64,000 nucleotides of DNA, taken from NCBI GenBank assembly GCA_028023455.1, contig JAQFVV010000001.1, positions 5,022,001 through 5,086,000 of the forward strand. Reading direction: 5' to 3'. Shown here one piece after another: positions 26,275 to 38,104 of the stretch. Below the pieces are notes generated by a model. It saw only the letters and a program-made list of their open reading frames with translations, had not been told where the DNA came from and did not search any database. Each line of letters starts with the position of its first letter. Position 1 is the first letter of the stretch. Position numbers and translations under genes: made by a program. Source of the stretch: Epiperipatus broadwayi (Eukaryota > Animalia > Onychophora).

Positions 26275-26383
26275 GAAGGGATTTGAATCAGACTTTCAAG
26301 CTGCCTACAGCTATCCACTCCATCTTATACAACTGATACACATAACCACCTACATGTGAAAAAGATAAATGATCTCTTAATAT
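26275..26383 (-). mobile_element. Family A copy 1 (5'-truncated, lacks the HHR core)
   Basis: Homologous to 58975-59075 and 31485-31595. Homology stops at atgatctcttaatata, the position of the HHR cleavage site in full copies. Confidence 0.75.
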
Positions 26384-26649
26384 AAATATATATTGTTTTA
26401 TATCGATTGGCTGACTGTTACAATATCTAAAATATAATTTATTAATGCATTATTCATGTAATAATATTACTATTAGAATAGAGATATACCTTGAAATAAT
26501 TGAAATTTTAATTACTTTTCTATTTTTTATATCTTAGAATATCAGCATCAAAAGCAACCAAAAGAAAATGACTATTGTTATTCCAATTCTAAGAAAAAAG
26601 ATAGAAAGTCAAAAATAAATAAATAATATTATACAAGAGATAAATTTTG

Positions 26650-29420
26650 CAATGATTATACAAAATAATCTGTGAACTACAAATATGTTTAACATAGTAT
26701 ATACTGATCAATTATTCTGTTTGATATTTTGCAATGTTGTCTTTTAATTTCTGCAGCAAAGTCTTGTTTCTGAAAGATTAGCATCTTAGCTGTTGTAGTT
26801 CTCTATTATTTTCTATTCTCAGCCATATCTTTCTGTTAGAAAGCAATCAAAATTCCACTTTTTAAGAACATCTTTGAGATAGTCTTCATAACAAAAACAC
26901 AATTTTCACTATAAAATACTTTTTTTTACATAGTCTCCTATGATTATATATTTTCTTTACATAATTCAATCCCATGAGAATGTGATTTTGCAACATATTG
27001 ATTAGTCATGATTTTATCATATATTTTTGAATTTTATGAAGTATACTTATACTTTTATGCGACTTTCATGCAATCACTTTTTAAAATAATATAATAGCTT
27101 TGCATAAAACAAAGTTAGTTGTAGTTGATGTATTTCTGCAGTGAAATATGCTGCATTTTAATTTGTTAAAAGCAGCAATAGTATTTTGGAATTTGTATTG
27201 TGCCTTAACATCAAAGTTTGCTTTTCTATTCAAAAAGCTACCAATATGTTTAAATTGGTTAGTATTCCAAGTTGATAACCATCAAAGCTAAAAGTTGCTG
27301 AATATTTTTTCTACTATTGACTGATAAAAGATTTGAATTTTTTTCCACATGAATTATGAAGCCAAAGTATTTGTATATTGCATTCAATACATTAAGTACA
27401 TTCTATAGATAATCTTTTGAATTGGCAAGGATAGCTTAATTATAAAAATATTATAAAACTCAAAACATCAAATAGTTTCAAATTAAAAATTTCAGTATCT
27501 ATTTCTATCACATCTTGATACTGGCTTTATGAAACTATCTATAAACAGTTTCAAAGATTATTAGCATAACTGCAACAAAATTGGAGGTATTATATATATC
27601 TATGATAAACTCCCAATTTTTATTTTAAATGCTCACATTTTTCAGCTATAGTAATAATAGTTCTTATTCCATTGTGTAATAGTTATAAAAACAAACTTTG
27701 ATGGACAACTAACTAATTTCAAACAATGCCATAGATCTATTCTATTAATAGAATCAAATATCTTGATCAAATTCATACACTCAATATATAAATTATTCCT
27801 TTGTTCTCAAGACTTTTTGCATTCTCTTGGCAACAAAACTGTCTGTAGTGCACCTTGATTGACTAAAACTATGTTGAATCTGTGATAAAGCAACACATTT
27901 AACAAAATCCTTGAAAGTGCATTTGCTCTAATGGCTAATAATGATAATCCAAAATAATTATTGTAATTTTGTCTATCACTTTTATTTATAAAAACTGGAA
28001 CAATAGAAACACTCTTAAGATCACGTGGCATAACTTCATGAGTCCATATCTTCCTAAAAAATTTCTTAATTTTTGAAGTTAACACATTGCCACTTCATTT
28101 TAAAACTTCTCTAGATATGTTATCAGGTCTTGCAGCTTTTTCTTTAAGATTACAAAGAACTACTTTAACTTTACAAAACTGAATACTTTTGTCCAAATCT
28201 ATGTGAGTAGATATAACAGATATATCATTAAAAACAATCTCAATTCTTGTACCATTATTTAAAAAATGATCAAAATACTTCCTCCAGCTTTTCATATTAT
28301 TATGCCATTGTTGAATTTAATACAATTATGATCTTGTTTGTCAGATTCATATGTTCATTTTAATACATAAAAAAAAAGATGCAATCATGATTAGTGGATG
28401 CCTATATTTTCTTGTTTGATTTAATCCATCAAACATTTTAAAAGTCCTTTTTATGAATTGTTGATCTTTTGTCTTTAAATATATTTAGATTATGAAGCTC
28501 TATTTTCAATTTATTATTCTGTTAAATAGAAAATGCCTTGTTTTTTAATATCTAGTAATCACTAATGGCTCAGGATTTATTTATTAGTAAACTCAAAAAT
28601 AGATTTCCATGAACTATAACATATTTCTTAATTAGAATTCCATCCCTCAGTAAAATGACAAATCTGATAGATTAAATTAGTAATTTTATTGTTTAATAGC
28701 TATTGAAATTTAGTATAAATAGTAGATGTGTTTAAAGAATAGTCTTCATGTGTCTTAAAAATATGATTGAAATAATATTTTTAATGCAACTATCATTTTA
28801 ATCTTAGAGCAAAATCTAAACTTGTAAATGCTCATGCAATGTAAACTTCTGTTCTGATTGCTAACTATAATATACTTTATTAAATGGTACTGTTTTGAGA
28901 GTGGATATATTAAAATTCTTTTTTTTATTTGATTTTTTTTGTCTAAATGAAAGTATTTGGGTGACAGTCAATCCATATGTTTTGTAAAAATTTCATTTGA
29001 TTTTCCACCACTATTATTATTATTTCCAGGAATATTTCACCAAAATTTTTAAAAAATATTGTTATTATGTAATAATGCTATCTAACAAGGAATAGAAACA
29101 TTCTTTCTCCTAAATCTCTTAATCTAATAAAATGAATATAATTGTTATTGTGCAAAATAAACTTTTAATACCATTAGCATCCATTGATACATCTAAGCCT
29201 TCCAAATATAAACATGACTAAATCAACACTTACAGCAAATCCAAGTTGGATGATCTGTCCTTCCAAAAGTGAGTGAGTTTCATTAAGAACAGCTATATCA
29301 TTTTCAAATCTTGATAGCTCTTTAGCTAACATCTGTTTGGTATTGAAGAGTTTATATCAGATAAAGTTTATAAACATTTTATATAGTTATATTTAGAAAA
29401 AAAAAAGTTTATCTTTGAAT
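26650..29420 (-). mobile_element. Near full-length decayed RTE-clade LINE
   Basis: APE-like remnants at 29.4-28.5 kb (DIA.L.ETH, FWKG, GFA). ORF 28095-28295 has LKEKAARPDNISREVLK. ORF 27807-28085 has SIVPVFINKSDRQNYNNYFGLSLLAIRANALSRILLN (RT N-part). The 3' part matches the 19.5 kb region. Confidence 0.8.
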
Positions 29421-30689
29421 ATATCTTGCTTATAAATATCATAGTCCTTGACAAATGAAAATAATGTTATTTAATCTATTTTGATATAATTATTGCACTA
29501 AATAATCATTAAAAGTAAAATGGTAACATTTTTATAATATATTTTGAAAAATGACTAAACTTTTTGTTCTAAAAATTTAATGCAGCTACAACCATGCATA
29601 TCACTGCAATGAGTTTATATGACAACATTTTAGGATATTTTTTTTTTTAAATTTTTGCTTATAGGTATCACTTCACAATTTCTATACTACCCTCTCCCTA
29701 AAAAACTATCATTATTAAATTAAGAAATTGTAATCATGTAATCAAATAGGAATTATATAATGAAAAGTCATAATATTTTCCATAAATATCTTTGCTTCGG
29801 TGATGAATATACTATACAATGGGTCTATTATATGCTATCTCTGTGTTCTCAGATTTATCTAACCAGAGTTTTTTTTTAAAAAAAAAAAAAGTGTAAAAAA
29901 TTAATAAAAAATAAAATTTTTATTTGTATCTTTTGCATTTTATTATTGTAAAATTTTCACCTCTCCTATTATTTACAAAAAGTGTGTGCATATATGTGTA
30001 TACAATCACAATCAGAAGTAAATAGTAAGTAACCTATAAGTGATAAACATGGAATCATCAGAAATAATCATGAGAAGTCAACATTTACTCTTTGTGACTG
30101 GATTTAAAAACAACATATTGCATAATCATAGGCAAATCATCATCTGGCCAATGCCAAGTTTAAGGCATAATATTATAAAAGCAGTCATCAAAATTTCTAC
30201 CGCATACACATACATAAGTGCTAGAATGACTGTAAAATTAAATATATATCAAAAATGCTGGTATCATTGATGTTAATCATCATCAATGCTCAGAGTCCCT
30301 GTTATCATGAATGTACTTGCCATTAATAAATAGTCATCAGAAACTTATAAAATAAAGTGAGTGGATTTTAAAAGTGATTTTTATGATTTTACTATTGTCC
30401 AAATAATTCTAAAGAAAAACATTGATTTCCACAAAATACACACATACTGTTAAATTCGAACTAGCTTTGGGATCATAAGGACTCTAGTGACCCTGAATAA
30501 AGGAAATATACATATATAAAACTTAACAAATAATTTCACATGAATAAATTTATTGATTAGAAATAATACAAATAAAAGCTTTCTGATAAGTATTTCAATA
30601 GACTAAAAACGTAAGCAATCAAATTTATTTAAGATATATAAATAAATAGGTTACATAATGCATGTGTATATAAGCATATACAACAATAT

Positions 30690-31051
30690 TGGCATCAGCA
30701 TGGGATTTGGGAATTCTATCATCAGATTTTCAATGGTATGGATGGCTGAAGAGTTGGAGGTTGGGGTGGGTTGAAGCCTGTCCATTAAAGTATAAGGATT
30801 TGCTATCTTAATATAAACTGAGCACTGATTGTATATATGTATGGGAGATGATAACCTGGACCAACTAATGATTGCTGGTTCAGCATGAAATACATATATT
30901 GGTGATTATTTATCTTTTCTGCATGTGTGTGGTCATGGGTATCAATAGTATGATATAGTGTGGATAGTGAAAGGGCTTGAAAGTCTGAGTTCAAATCCCC
31001 TATATATATTTATAATTAGGCTCCAGGTATAAGAGTGCCTGGTATTTCAAA
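30690..31051 (+). mobile_element. Family A copy 2 (HHR degenerate)
   Basis: Aligns along its length with 59345-59660. The HHR at 30848-30909 reads GGA-CCAA-CTAATGA-TTGCTG-GTT-CAGCAT-GAAA-TACAT-ATA^TTGG, with G5 and G10.1 mutated. Confidence 0.85.
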
Positions 31052-31302
31052 TCTTGTATATAAATCCAAAGTTTCACATTGGTAAGATAAAATATTTCAA
31101 TCATTTCTAAGATAATAAATTGTATTCTATTTCAAGAAAATACAAACAATAACATGTTAAATGTATATATAATACATACCTCCATGCATATCAAATTTAA
31201 TTATCTTTACCGTGTAGTTATTATTCTTAAATTGTAAACATATATTTTAAAATAAAGAAACATTTCTTCTTTGAAGAGTCCTCTTGAAAATTCATTTATT
31301 TG

Positions 31303-31405
31303 TCAAGCATTGGTGGTCGAGAGGTCAGCGATGGCTGCTTTACAGTTGTCCCTGGTTAGCGGGTTCGTTTCCTGACTGATACTATGACACATGAGAAAAA
31401 AAAAA
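31303..31405 (+). mobile_element. tRNA-Gly-derived SINE with A-tail and TSD
   Basis: tcaaGCATTGGTGGTCGAGAGG...GGGTTCGTTTCC...tatgacacatgagaaaaaaaaaa. Direct repeat tcatttattt at 31292-31301 and 31406-31415. Confidence 0.7.
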
Positions 31406-31434
31406 TCATTTATTTTCAGTTTTTGTTTTTAAAT

Positions 31435-31732
31435 ATTTGAAAACCAGGTACTCTTCACAAACCTGGGAGCTTAATTGTAAGTATAGAGGATTTGAACTCA
31501 GATTTTCAAGCACCCTTCAACTATCCACACTATCTCATACAACTGATACACATGACCACATACATATAGAAAAGATTAATAATCGCCAATATCCGTATTT
31601 CATGCTAAACCAGCACTCATCAGTTGGTCCAGACTATCCTCTCTCACACATATATAATCAATGCTCAGTTTATATTAAGATAGCAAATCTTCATACTTTA
31701 ATGGACAGGCTTCAATCCACTGCAACCTCCAA
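31435..31732 (-). mobile_element. Family A copy 3 with intact HHR core (31579-31638)
   Basis: Minus strand reads GTCT-GGA-CCAA-CTGATGA-GTGCTG-GTT-TAGCAT-GAAA-TACGG-ATA^TTGG-CGAT. The copy is inverted relative to copy 2. Confidence 0.85.
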
Positions 31733-32272
31733 AAAATTTCCAAGGTTATTTCAATCAGTTAATTACTTTAATTTTAGTCAAAAATCAATACAGCTAATGT
31801 TCATAATACCTTTAATTTGGCATTAAATAGAAATAGAATTTCATTAACTGCAAAGTTAATATATAATATAAAGGTTATTATCAGTATATATATTTTATTC
31901 ATCAGCTAATTTCTTTCAACTTTGCTTCATATATTTCTTCACGAAATTGATGTCATATACGTCAGACAATGTTTCATTTATCTGCACTTTCATGTGCATA
32001 TACGAAGTAGCATAGAAGTCTTAGGTCAGTAGACTTGTATTTTTTTATTCTGTTGAGATAATATATATATATAAGATAAATATTGACAGTTCTCAACTCC
32101 ATTTTGATTCTATAATTTGATGAATTGTAGCAATACAAATAGTCTATTCATATATTGGATATGATTCATAGAAAAATCTTACTTCAGTGTGAGTTCAAAC
32201 ACAATCAGCATGAAAACTAGCAACTGCCTTTCTGCATGCTCCCCAATTTAATATAATCAGTTATTTTTAAAT

Positions 32273-32872
32273 TAAACATAGCTCAATGTATATATAAACA
32301 GAGGAAGTAAATCACCCACTTCCAGGCTATGACTTGAAAGCATTCTACATGTTGAAAAAAGAATCAAGAATAGAATGAAACCATCTATTCTTGGTAGCTC
32401 TGATGTTTATAAGCATATCTTTGTCAACATTGTAGTAATTCAGAATAAAATTAATTTATCAAGCAGATGGAATATGGCATTTAAGAGTTATTAAACCTTA
32501 GTGTATAGGTAAACAAAAAGCCTGGAGGTGGATGATTTACTAACTTTATTTACATATACATTGAGCTATGTTTATTTAAAAGTTTACATATTAAATCTTG
32601 TTTAATTATTAAAATCAAGGTGTTAAAAGTGAGATGCTATCTCCAGCTTTGCATTATTAATTATGAGTTTAATAACTCTTGAATGCCATATCCTATCTGG
32701 TTCATAAATTAATTTCACTCTGAATTATCAACAATGTTAAACAAAGATATGCTTATAAACATCAGAACTATCAAGAATAGGTGGATTCATTCTATTCTTG
32801 ATTCTTCATTCAACATTTAGAGTGCTTTCAAGTCATAGTCTGGAGGTGGGTGATTTACTTCCTTTGTTTATA
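32273..32872. repeat. Nested inverted repeat (about 200-bp outer arms plus an extra inverted internal copy of the terminal segment)
   Basis: 32293-32496 is the reverse complement of 32667-32872, and 32273-32328 is also the reverse complement of 32519-32574. Confidence 0.85.
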
Positions 32873-33172
32873 ATCAGTTATTCTGAACCCACTATTTATA
32901 GTATATAATGAAATTTAAAAACAAGATTAAAGTATTTTCATCTTGATTATCATTGTTTTTTTTTTTTACATTCATTAAAACTAATTAGTTAAATTTTTTT
33001 TTAAACCTTTAACCAAAAACAGATTATAGGATTAACTACAATTAATGATAATATATATACATCATTGATTTATCCAAATATATACATATTATTTGTTGCA
33101 TTAAGAATTTTATATTTTCTTGAAAATGAGAAATAAATTGAATAAAAATATTTGTATTAAAAAGTCTTTTTT

Positions 33173-33276
33173 TTCCATATGTCATAGCATCTGCCGGGAC
33201 GCGAACCCACACCCGTCTGCAACCAACTACTTGCTTGCATGGCGGCTGCGATACCTCTCGGCTAACAACGCAAGAC
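33173..33276 (-). mobile_element. tRNA-derived SINE (Gly-like head with about 23-nt insert), with TSD
   Basis: Minus strand reads GCGTTGTTAGCCGAGAGG (A-box)...GGGTTCGCGTCCC (B-box)...tatgacatatggaaaaaaa. aaaagtctttttt is repeated at 33160 and 33277. Confidence 0.8.
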
Positions 33277-35438
33277 AAAAGTCTTTTTTATATCTGATTT
33301 TAAATAATATGCAATACCTTTAAAAGTATCAATTAATATTATTGCTTAATCAACATTTTAGTTATTCCAGGTTTTATTTTTAAACAATTATATACTGATT
33401 GTGTTCATTTATATTTTTTATTTCAAGCTATACATATATGCACACACACACTATGTTATGTGCCATGAGACCATTTGTCTTCAGTAGTAAAATATTGTTT
33501 TGACACTTGCCATAGTTACAGGAAGTTTAAAAGTCAGTTAAGATAATGATATACATTTCATTAATTCCAAACAATCTTACTTAATTGACATTTTTTGAAT
33601 AAAATATAAGTAAAGTTGCTTGGAAGCTCACATGAAGTTTGAGTATTGGAAGTATCATAATTTAGCCATGATCCCTGAATGTTGAGCTTTAGAGTCTGCC
33701 ACTCTCTTAGTACACCAATGGACACAGGGCATATCTTTTTTTCAATAGTGAAGTCATTTATATTTAATGTTTATCAAATTATTATGAGGGAAGATTTTAT
33801 TTGTAATTCTAATTTTTACATATTAAGAGTTTGAAACATGTCACCAAAAAATCTATAGTGCTTGGAATTTTTTTTTTCATTTTATAATTCCCTCATTTAT
33901 GTGGGCGAAAAATAGTTTTCTATTGTAATTTGGCAGCTGTGCAACTTAAAGACATTTTTTTCTAAGTTTTTATTTTGTTTTTATTTACTGCATTTAAGAT
34001 CTTTTATTTAAAAGCTTTTGAAGTTTTCAAGTTTATTTTTTTAACTTCTCTTTCTATATTTTGAAAAATAGAAAGATAAAGCATTAGAAGATTAATTATG
34101 GGTATTATTGCAGCTTTTGTTTTGATTTTCTGAAGTTCTCATATGATTCTGTTGTTGTTTTTGATAATGAAGACCCAAAACCTAAAAGAAAAAGAATTTA
34201 CAGTATTTTATTGATAAATTCTAAATTTGTTTTTTAAAATTTAATAATACAAAAAAAAAAATGTTTTAAATACATATATGTTTGACTATTGTAAGATTTT
34301 CTATATTTTTATTACTTTAGTTTTAAATTAAAACATTTTAAGAACATACAATACTGTATATCATTGAAATCAGTCAATATTTAGATAATCCCAATATCAA
34401 TACCAATCAACAATTTCAAATTGTTATCAAGGCAACCTCCTTTTTAACAATATATATATATGCATGTTGAAATGTTTTAATTGTACTTATAGAGTTAATT
34501 ATTATTCACATGATTTATGATATCCAAAACCTGTCAAGGAATCAAATACTGTGGATACAGCAGTGCCATAGTAATGGAATTTATTTTTATTCACATTACT
34601 GAATTTTAATTCAATTTTCTTTAATTTGTGTGAAAGTTTACAAATATACCCATCTCTTTCATCTTTTTGTAATCCTTCTCACAACTTTTCTCTATTTCAA
34701 GATTTTTATTATACAATAATTTGGTAAAATAATATTTTAAAGGGTATTTTGAAAATTAAATTGACATATAATGGTTATGCTATGCTTAAAAGTTATTATT
34801 TAATGCTAAAACAGAAAGGTGACTAGAAAAATCAATAAAGAAATTTTTGTACTTGATGGTTTTTGTAATTGTTTTTTTTTTTTTAAAGAAAAAACAAACC
34901 TGCTATTGTTTTGGTAATAAAAAAAAATGCTGGATTTTATATGAATTAATTTATTGAGGTTTTTGGTGACTGATCACAGGGAGAAAAATAATAAAAGTGT
35001 TTTGTTTTTCAATAAAATTTAATTAAAAATTCATTGTGTATTTATTATACATAGTGATATTATTGCATTGAGTGAATTTATTAACAAATGAAAAATATTA
35101 TGAATGTATTTTTATAACATCTATGATGCTCTTTGTTTATATAAAAAAAAAATGTCTCAATTTTATTAACAGCTAGAAGTTTAAGTTAATGGATTAGTTA
35201 AATGTAAAAAAAGAGAATATTCTCCTAAAGAATGGTTAGAGTTAAAAAAAAAAAAGAACAGATTAATATGATTATCAAATAATTATAATAAACATTTTTT
35301 AATTAGTCAATTTTTTTTTTAATCATTATGATTTTGTATTTCTGCTAAAAGCTTTTTACCAATAGTCTTTCTTTTTTTAAATAAAAAGGTTGCAAGTTCT
35401 ACAACTGTCACCCAAGTATGGCAGCCATATTTTTTTAA

Positions 35439-36049
35439 AATTATACATTTTCAGGGCATATAAGCTGTCATATTAAATATTTACTTTATTATTATTTTAA
35501 AAATAAAAGAAATTACACTAAAGTATGACAATTGTAATCAAAATAAATTTAATAATTTAAACTGCAGTAAACAAAACAACAAATGTGGGTTATTCATATG
35601 TGTGAGTTGAAATCCATAATGGCCTGCAAAATGGTCACAAATGCATCTTCTTTGTGCAGTCAGGATGGCAGGATCCCATAATTTTGGAATTACTCCACTG
35701 CATAGTCTTCTGTCAATAGAAAATCCCATATTTTAATCATTTTATGAAAATGTTTCTGAAAAAAGCAAATACGCTGAACATAAGACAATTCTTATGCATT
35801 CTTATGCTGAACTTAAAAAAATTACAACAATGTTTGAAACATGTTAGTGTTTATATGTTACAATATATATAAAAATAATTAAATCTTGTAATGGAATTTA
35901 TAATAGATTTATTAATATTTTTAAAACTTAAGAGGAGTTTACAATCAGTTTATTAATATTTTTTAAACTCAACAAATAACATATTCGTTAAAATAATATT
36001 GAGAAAAAAAGATAAGCAAATATTTCTATGCCCTTGAAAATGTATAATT
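35439..36049. mobile_element. Putative non-autonomous DNA transposon or MITE
   Basis: Terminal inverted repeat aattatacattttcagggcata (35439-35460) and tatgcccttgaaaatgtataatt (36027-36049) around a more GC-rich core. Confidence 0.5.
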
Positions 36050-37995
36050 AAGAAAAAAACATCTGCAAATCTTGAGTGATGGGATAATACATAAATATCA
36101 AGTTGTATAAATCTTAAAGCAATTTTAAAAAAAGAAAAAATTAATACATCTGACTTTTACAATATATGGTCCTAGAGGAAAATAATGAATGAACTGCTAT
36201 TTCTAGTGCATAATGTTAAAAATGAGTACAAAAGTTGTCTGATATTTTATTTAGAGTGTATACTATTTATTTATTTCTGATGATAATTTAACTTTATATA
36301 TATATTTTAAATAATATTATACAACTCTAGATGGGTTTAAATAGATGATTTCAAAATGTAATTAGTTTATTTAAAATTGTTATATATATCTATACAATGA
36401 TTAACATTCAATTTGCACTGATCACAGTAAACTTCTTGACATTATTTAAGAGCCATTTATCTAAATATAAGTAATCAGTGAATAGTAATATGATAATTCC
36501 AAAGCAATTTCTGGACTAGTATCCAGCTTTCATCTATTATTTTTGTTCAAGTTGATGTCTTTATGTTATAAACTCCCTAAAATTTTGATCCCAATAACAA
36601 TTGGCTAGCTAACAATGCATCTCTACAAGCTCAGTGAAAATTTTTTCTGATCATAAAGCTGGCTTAAGGTTTTTATTTTAGCTAATTAATTAATAGCTAA
36701 TTCAGCTAGCAATCCAGTTTTGGTTATCTAAATGATGTGTATCCTAAATTAATTTGTATTAGCTACATGAGTCATAAACAACTGTCTAAAAAAACAACAA
36801 AAATTGCAATTGTACTATGGTGTAACTTTCTGTACTTATGAGAAGTTGTCATATTTTTATAGCTGTCGAGTCTATAATTTATCTTTACCCTTAACATGCT
36901 TTGCTTATATTAAGATTATTATCAATCCAGAAACTTATAAAAAATAATTCTGGTGATTAAATCATATTAGAAAAATATTTAATGACAATTATTATGAAAT
37001 GTTACACAAACTTATTGTATAGCAACTTTAGCAATGTGTACCATGGCCATTTGTATGTGAGATAGAGTGCAGCTTCATTTTCGATTGAATATCAGATGAT
37101 TAGTTAGGCATTCTTTATAATTAATAACTCAGTCACCTGACCTCAATTTCTGCAGTTATTAATTATGAAATGTTTCATTAAGAATATATTTAGGATTCGG
37201 AAGTATTAAGGAAATATTTAATTTTGTATTTTTTACACTCTATTCAACATAATAACATTCAATGAATACTATTTAGAATATTTATCAATGGATGTACATT
37301 GAATTCTATCTATACTAGCCAAAATAAAATACCTAACATTTCATGTAAGGTTCATTAAAATTTATGAATTTTAATTCATATGCTAGAAATTGTTAAAAGA
37401 GTGGCAAGCAATGACAACTATCCCTGAAGATGATTAAAGTGTATTTGTTTGGTCATATTTCCTTATTTAGATAGTTACTTGTAATTGGGCATAGAATTTA
37501 ACATACATACATATGCATACAATATTTTAGTCCCCCCTCCCCAACATTTCTATTTTAATACCTTTGATCCTCATCTCACCTATTTTCATTTCTGTCCTTT
37601 TATGGCAAAAAAATTTATTTTTACATATATATGCCATGTTTAAAACAAGTTTTTAAAGTACATGTTTCTGCACAGGATTTGAACACAGCTTTTTAATATG
37701 TGATCACATGTTCAGTTTGTCTTTATATATGCAGTGCTTTGAATTTTTAAATGTTTGTATAAAAATTAGTGTCATAATTGTTTAGGAAGTTTATTATAGA
37801 AATGCATGGTTTAGTGTAGTAATAGATCGATGGACTCTGGAGTTCAGGATTATGGATTATGGCTCTATCTCTGTCATTTCTGGTGTTTATATTTTTTTAT
37901 CAACTCTTCAGAGCAATTATCATTCCATTATTTACTTATTTAATGTTCATTGTAATTGATACATTTAATTGAGCGGATTAATTTCTTATATATAG

Positions 37996-38104
37996 TTTTT
38001 TTTCATATGTCATAGCATCGGCCGGAACGCGAACCCACAACCGTCTGCAATCAATTACTTGCTTGCAAGGCCGCTGCGATGACCTCTCGGCTAACAACGC
38101 TTGA
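37996..38104 (-). mobile_element. Second copy of the insert-bearing tRNA-derived SINE
   Basis: Nearly colinear with 33173-33276: tcaaGCGTTGTTAGCCGAGAGG...CCTTGCAAGC...GGGTTCGCGTTCC...tatgacatatgaaaaaaaa. Confidence 0.8.

Noticed and set aside
29792-29823. U6 snRNA 5' fragment (TTGCTTCGG..ATATACTA)
   Set aside because: Only two short blocks match, and the ACAGAGA box and the rest of U6 are absent.
30040-30290. Transposase-like W.WP.DD motif on the minus strand
   Set aside because: It is interrupted by stops and too short to support a call.
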